Shown piece by piece: positions 43,005 through 45,615 of a DNA stretch of 45,615 bases. The notes under the pieces were generated by a model. It was not told the origin of the DNA. It searched no databases and was given only the letters and a program-made list of their open reading frames with translations. Each line of letters starts with the position of its first letter. Position 1 is the first letter of the stretch. The DNA lies in contig JAGDXZ010000030.1 in NCBI GenBank assembly GCA_023270015.1, forward strand, positions 1 to 45,615, written 5' to 3'. This stretch comes from Candidatus Micrarchaeota archaeon (GTDB taxonomy: Archaea; Micrarchaeota; Micrarchaeia; Micrarchaeales; CABMGC01). Position numbers and translations under genes: made by a program.

Positions 43005-43038
43005 ATTAATGGGTATATAATAATATTTTTCCATTAAT
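43005..43038. promoter_or_regulatory. thermosome promoter region: 8-bp inverted repeat flanking a TATA-like box
   Basis: ATTAATGG (43005-12) and CCATTAAT (43031-38) flank GTATATAATAATATTTTT. The element lies 41-74 nt upstream of the thermosome ATG. Confidence 0.35.
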
Positions 43039-43153
43039 ATTTTTATATCTTTTCCTGTTTTTCATGTAGAGTAGAGATTTCGTCTTTCGTTGCTGGCTCC
43101 TTGCACTCTCTTTCCAACCACCTTGCATAGCTTTGATTGCAATCTTGCTCTGA

Positions 43154-44074
43154 TTACCCCCTTAACCTATCTGCGAAATCTTTCTTTATTGTATCTAGGT
43201 ACGCCAGTGCAGCCCTTCCCTCTTCAGTAATTTTTACTTCTATTAAAAAGCCGTTCTGTTTTGTCTCTATAAACTTAGCGTTTACAAGCCTTTCAAGAAC
43301 TCCGTCAAGCCTGTTCTCGCCTTCAAGCGTTCCAGAATCAAATGGCACATAAAGCGTTTGGTAGAATGAAACGCTATATTTGTAGATTGCCAACAGAAGT
43401 TCAAGCGACGCTTCAGAAATTTTGCTTATGCCTAGTATTCCTCTTTTGCTCTTGTCCAGCAATCCTGAAAAACCAACGCGTGCAAGGATTGTAGCTGCCT
43501 CCTTTCCTTTTTCGGTAATGCCGACTGAGGCCGGAACTGTGCCCTCGCCGCTGATTTTAACAAACCCAAAGCGTTCCAGATCCTTAAGTAAGCTAAGCAA
43601 AGAGCCATTGGCATATACTTCATTGTGCGAATCATGGATAGGTATGCCCGTTATATCACTTATCTCCAGCGGAGAAAGCTTTCTTGCATTTTTAAGTATC
43701 TTGAGCATCTCTGCATGCTTTTTTAACTCATAGTTACGATATTCAGCCAATTCCTTCAAAGTATTTATGACATCGAGAAGTATGGCAAGGCGTTTGCCCT
43801 GCGGCGTCAGCAGGTAGTCAACAATTCCTGTGGCAAGCTTCTTTACTTTCAACAAGCCTGCAGATTCTAGCTCTTCCAAGCTTTCATCTATCTTTATTTT
43901 TGCTTCATCTAGCTCGATATTTTTTATTTTCAAAGGCATAAAGTTTATTGCAGCCCCATAACTTTCGTTGTCACGAATGAAGCGCAAGGTGCTCATGCAG
44001 ACTTGGTCTTTAATTAGGGCTTTTTGGTAATCGTTTAATTTGGAGCCATCATCGACTGCCTTCCTAACTGGCAC
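43154..44074 (-). CDS. hypothetical protein with three winged-helix-like repeats
   Basis: Three segments repeat the pattern L..L...G.[VI]K......G.....[LI]T..G: LESAGLLKVKK...LLTPQGKRL, LERFGFVKISGEG...GITEKGKEA and LVNAKFIETKQNG...KITEEGRAA. The GTG start has GGTGG 4 nt upstream. Confidence 0.4.
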   Translation of the reverse strand: MPVRKAVDDGSKLNDYQKALIKDQVCMSTLRFIRDNESYGAAINFMPLKIKNIELDEAKIKIDESLEELESAGLLKVKKLATGIVDYLLTPQGKRLAILLDVINTLKELAEYRNYELKKHAEMLKILKNARKLSPLEISDITGIPIHDSHNEVYANGSLLSLLKDLERFGFVKISGEGTVPASVGITEKGKEAATILARVGFSGLLDKSKRGILGISKISEASLELLLAIYKYSVSFYQTLYVPFDSGTLEGENRLDGVLERLVNAKFIETKQNGFLIEVKITEEGRAALAYLDTIKKDFADRLRG

Positions 44075-44085
44075 TCACCCACCTG

Positions 44086-44640
44086 CTATAAGGATTCTGC
44101 TATTTTGTTTACAATTCTTTTAGCAGTTGCTAAAGTACTTTCATTTTTCTCGAGTAGGAAAATAATCAAGGCATTTGGCGTAGGATATACCATTGCACTT
44201 TCATTGCTGTAGCAAGGAATGCCTCTGAGCTCTGAAAGGAGAGACAAAAACTCACCTTCTACATCAACTCCATACATCTTGTGTATATTCTTCGCAGCTC
44301 CCAGTGCTCCTTCGTTCTCTATGTGCCACTTTACATAAGCAAACGCCTCTTCATCAGCCATGTCCTTATAGACTTCCTTGAATTTTTCTATAAGCTGCTT
44401 TTTCTTTGCTTCTAAATCCTCATTGCCTGTGTTTTCAGGCTTCCTAAGAAGGCGTTTAAATTCTCTAGCAACATCGTCAAGTGCCTTTTCAAAGCCACTT
44501 TTAGGCTCTTGCGCCTTGCTCTCCTTTACTATTTCCTTTTCAAGCTCCAACAACTGCGCCAGCCGGTCTGATCGGTCCGATACGACCTCTTTTGGCATAA
44601 TTTTCCCTATTCCTAGTGGTTTTTTGCTATTTTTAAGCAT
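44086..44640 (-). CDS. hypothetical protein
   Basis: 184-aa ORF lying 11 nt upstream of the wH-repeat gene and co-oriented with it. Charged helical N-terminal half. No recognised motif. Confidence 0.4.
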   Translation of the reverse strand: MLKNSKKPLGIGKIMPKEVVSDRSDRLAQLLELEKEIVKESKAQEPKSGFEKALDDVAREFKRLLRKPENTGNEDLEAKKKQLIEKFKEVYKDMADEEAFAYVKWHIENEGALGAAKNIHKMYGVDVEGEFLSLLSELRGIPCYSNESAMVYPTPNALIIFLLEKNESTLATAKRIVNKIAESL

Positions 44641-44719
44641 TTGCTTTCGTTTATCTGTAAGGCGTCTAAGTAGGTATCGGCTAGAAGCGAATTCGGCAAT
44701 TACTCAATGCCAAGCCCTC

Positions 44720-44727
44720 TTTTATAA
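44720..44727 (+). promoter_or_regulatory. TATA-like box upstream of the oxidoreductase gene
   Basis: TTTTATAA lies ~36-43 nt upstream of the ATG at 44763. Confidence 0.3.
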
Positions 44728-44762
44728 GCTTTTGCAAGTTAAATACCTCTCAAAGTGTTTGT

Positions 44763-45615
44763 ATGACAAGTGTAGCTATAAGAATTGCCGGCGCAAACGG
44801 CGACGGCATAGAGTCAGCAGGCGCGCTTCTTGCAAAGGTTGCGGCAAGGAACGGCTTGCACGTTTTTGCGTATAGGGGCTACCAGTCAATAATTAGAGGC
44901 GGCCATGTATGGTACCAGGTAAGGATTGCGGATTCTGAGATAGGCAGCTTTGGAGAGCTTGCTGACATACTAGTGGCATTGAATCAAGACGCAATAGAAA
45001 ACCAGAAGACGCACATAAAGTCCAACGCCATAGTAATCTTCGATCCTAGCAAGGCCAATGCAGACTCCTTGCAATCAGCCCGCAAAATACCCATTCCTCT
45101 TCTCGAAATAGCAGTAAGCCAGTCAGGAGACCCTGTAATGCGAAATACAGTGGCGCTGGGTGCCGTGCTAAAGATACTAGGCCTGCCGCTAAGCGAACTA
45201 GAAGACGTGCTCAGGAGAACTTTCGGAAAGAAAGGAGAGGAAGTAATAGCTAATAACCTAAAGGCAGCAAGCGCAGGCTACAACTTTCAAGGAATAGATG
45301 CGGCGTATTCTTTGCACGGAGACGGCAAGCAGCGGTACCTGCTGGATGGCAACACTGCTACAGCGATAGGTGCCTATGCCGCTGATTGCAGGGCTTACTT
45401 TGCGTATCCGATGACCCCTGCTAGCAGCATACTCCATTGGTTTGCTGCCCACGAAGACAAGGGCGTGCTGTTTAAACAGACAGAAGATGAAATAGCAGCA
45501 ATAAATATGACAGTCGGTGCAGCAAGTGCTGGCGTTCGCGCAATGTGCGGCACGAGCGGCGGCGGCTTCTCGCTCATGGTAGAAGGACTAGGCATGGCAG
45601 GCATGCTTGAAGTGC
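44763..45615 (+). CDS. 2-oxoacid:ferredoxin oxidoreductase, fused gamma-alpha type subunit (3' partial, runs off window)
   Basis: My own translation reads MTSVAIRIAGANGDGIESAGALLAKVAARNGLHVFAYRGYQSIIRGGHVWYQVRI... (gamma-domain pattern). This is followed by GNTATAIGAYAADCRAYFAYPMTPASSILHW...TEDEIAAINMTVGAASAGVRAMCGTSGGGFSLM (alpha domain). It is open to the window end and is not in the ORF track because it has no stop. Confidence 0.85.
   Translation, partial: MTSVAIRIAGANGDGIESAGALLAKVAARNGLHVFAYRGYQSIIRGGHVWYQVRIADSEIGSFGELADILVALNQDAIENQKTHIKSNAIVIFDPSKANADSLQSARKIPIPLLEIAVSQSGDPVMRNTVALGAVLKILGLPLSELEDVLRRTFGKKGEEVIANNLKAASAGYNFQGIDAAYSLHGDGKQRYLLDGNTATAIGAYAADCRAYFAYPMTPASSILHWFAAHEDKGVLFKQTEDEIAAINMTVGAASAGVRAMCGTSGGGFSLMVEGLGMAGMLEV

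Noticed and set aside
44378-44875. 165-aa plus-strand Ser-rich ORF
   Set aside because: It is antisense to ORF 44086-44640 and out of frame with the clearly real oxidoreductase gene starting at 44763.
1-45615. Defence systems, toxin-antitoxin pairs, integrases/transposases, prophage or plasmid remnants, and tRNA-derived att duplications
   Set aside because: I recognised no nuclease/helicase/RT/ATPase defence-type genes and no mobile-element genes. I found no duplicated tRNA 3' halves. Apart from the surface-protein genes and a few orphans, the window reads as core chromosome.

Overview
This is a tightly packed archaeal chromosome segment with about 50 CDS, 4 tRNAs, many 4-nt start/stop overlaps and several convergent gene overlaps. 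Most of it is housekeeping. It holds the PolD operon (DP1+DP2), class II ribonucleotide reductase, thermosome, TFE, an archaeal histone, RNase P Rpp21 and the oligosaccharyltransferase AglB. It also holds ADP-forming acetyl-CoA synthetase (beta+alpha), the start of a 2-oxoacid:ferredoxin oxidoreductase, and two ribosomal/RNAP clusters (rpoD-tRNALeu-L13-S9-rpoN-S2 and L1-P0-P1). The gene set (PolD + histone + ACD), QSA-E-[FY]-L-x-x-YGWA prepilin N-termini and charged extensions on core proteins suggest a small-genome, possibly acidophile-associated lineage (Micrarchaeota/DPANN-like or a Thermoplasmata relative). That lineage call is inference only. I found no CRISPR array, transposase/integrase, toxin-antitoxin pair or recognisable defence system, and no rRNA. 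The parts that look non-routine are listed here in rough order of interest. (1) A cell-surface module: three paralogous pilin-like genes, one fused to a lectin-like head through an 18-bp-repeat Thr/Ser stalk; two heavily sequon-decorated anchored proteins, one with a possible glutamic-peptidase-like domain; and an AglB with an odd N-terminal extension. (2) A candidate C/D-box sRNA in the histone leader. (3) A LigT / tRNA-binding / P-loop kinase cluster, in which the tRNA-binding gene has no canonical start codon. (4) An 11-bp inverted repeat bracketing an ~85% AT spacer between convergent tRNA genes. (5) A two-gene operon encoding a multi-winged-helix protein. All functional calls rest on motif recognition by eye and memory. 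No searches were run. The ORF track accepts GTG/TTG starts, and I shortened several over-extended ORFs.
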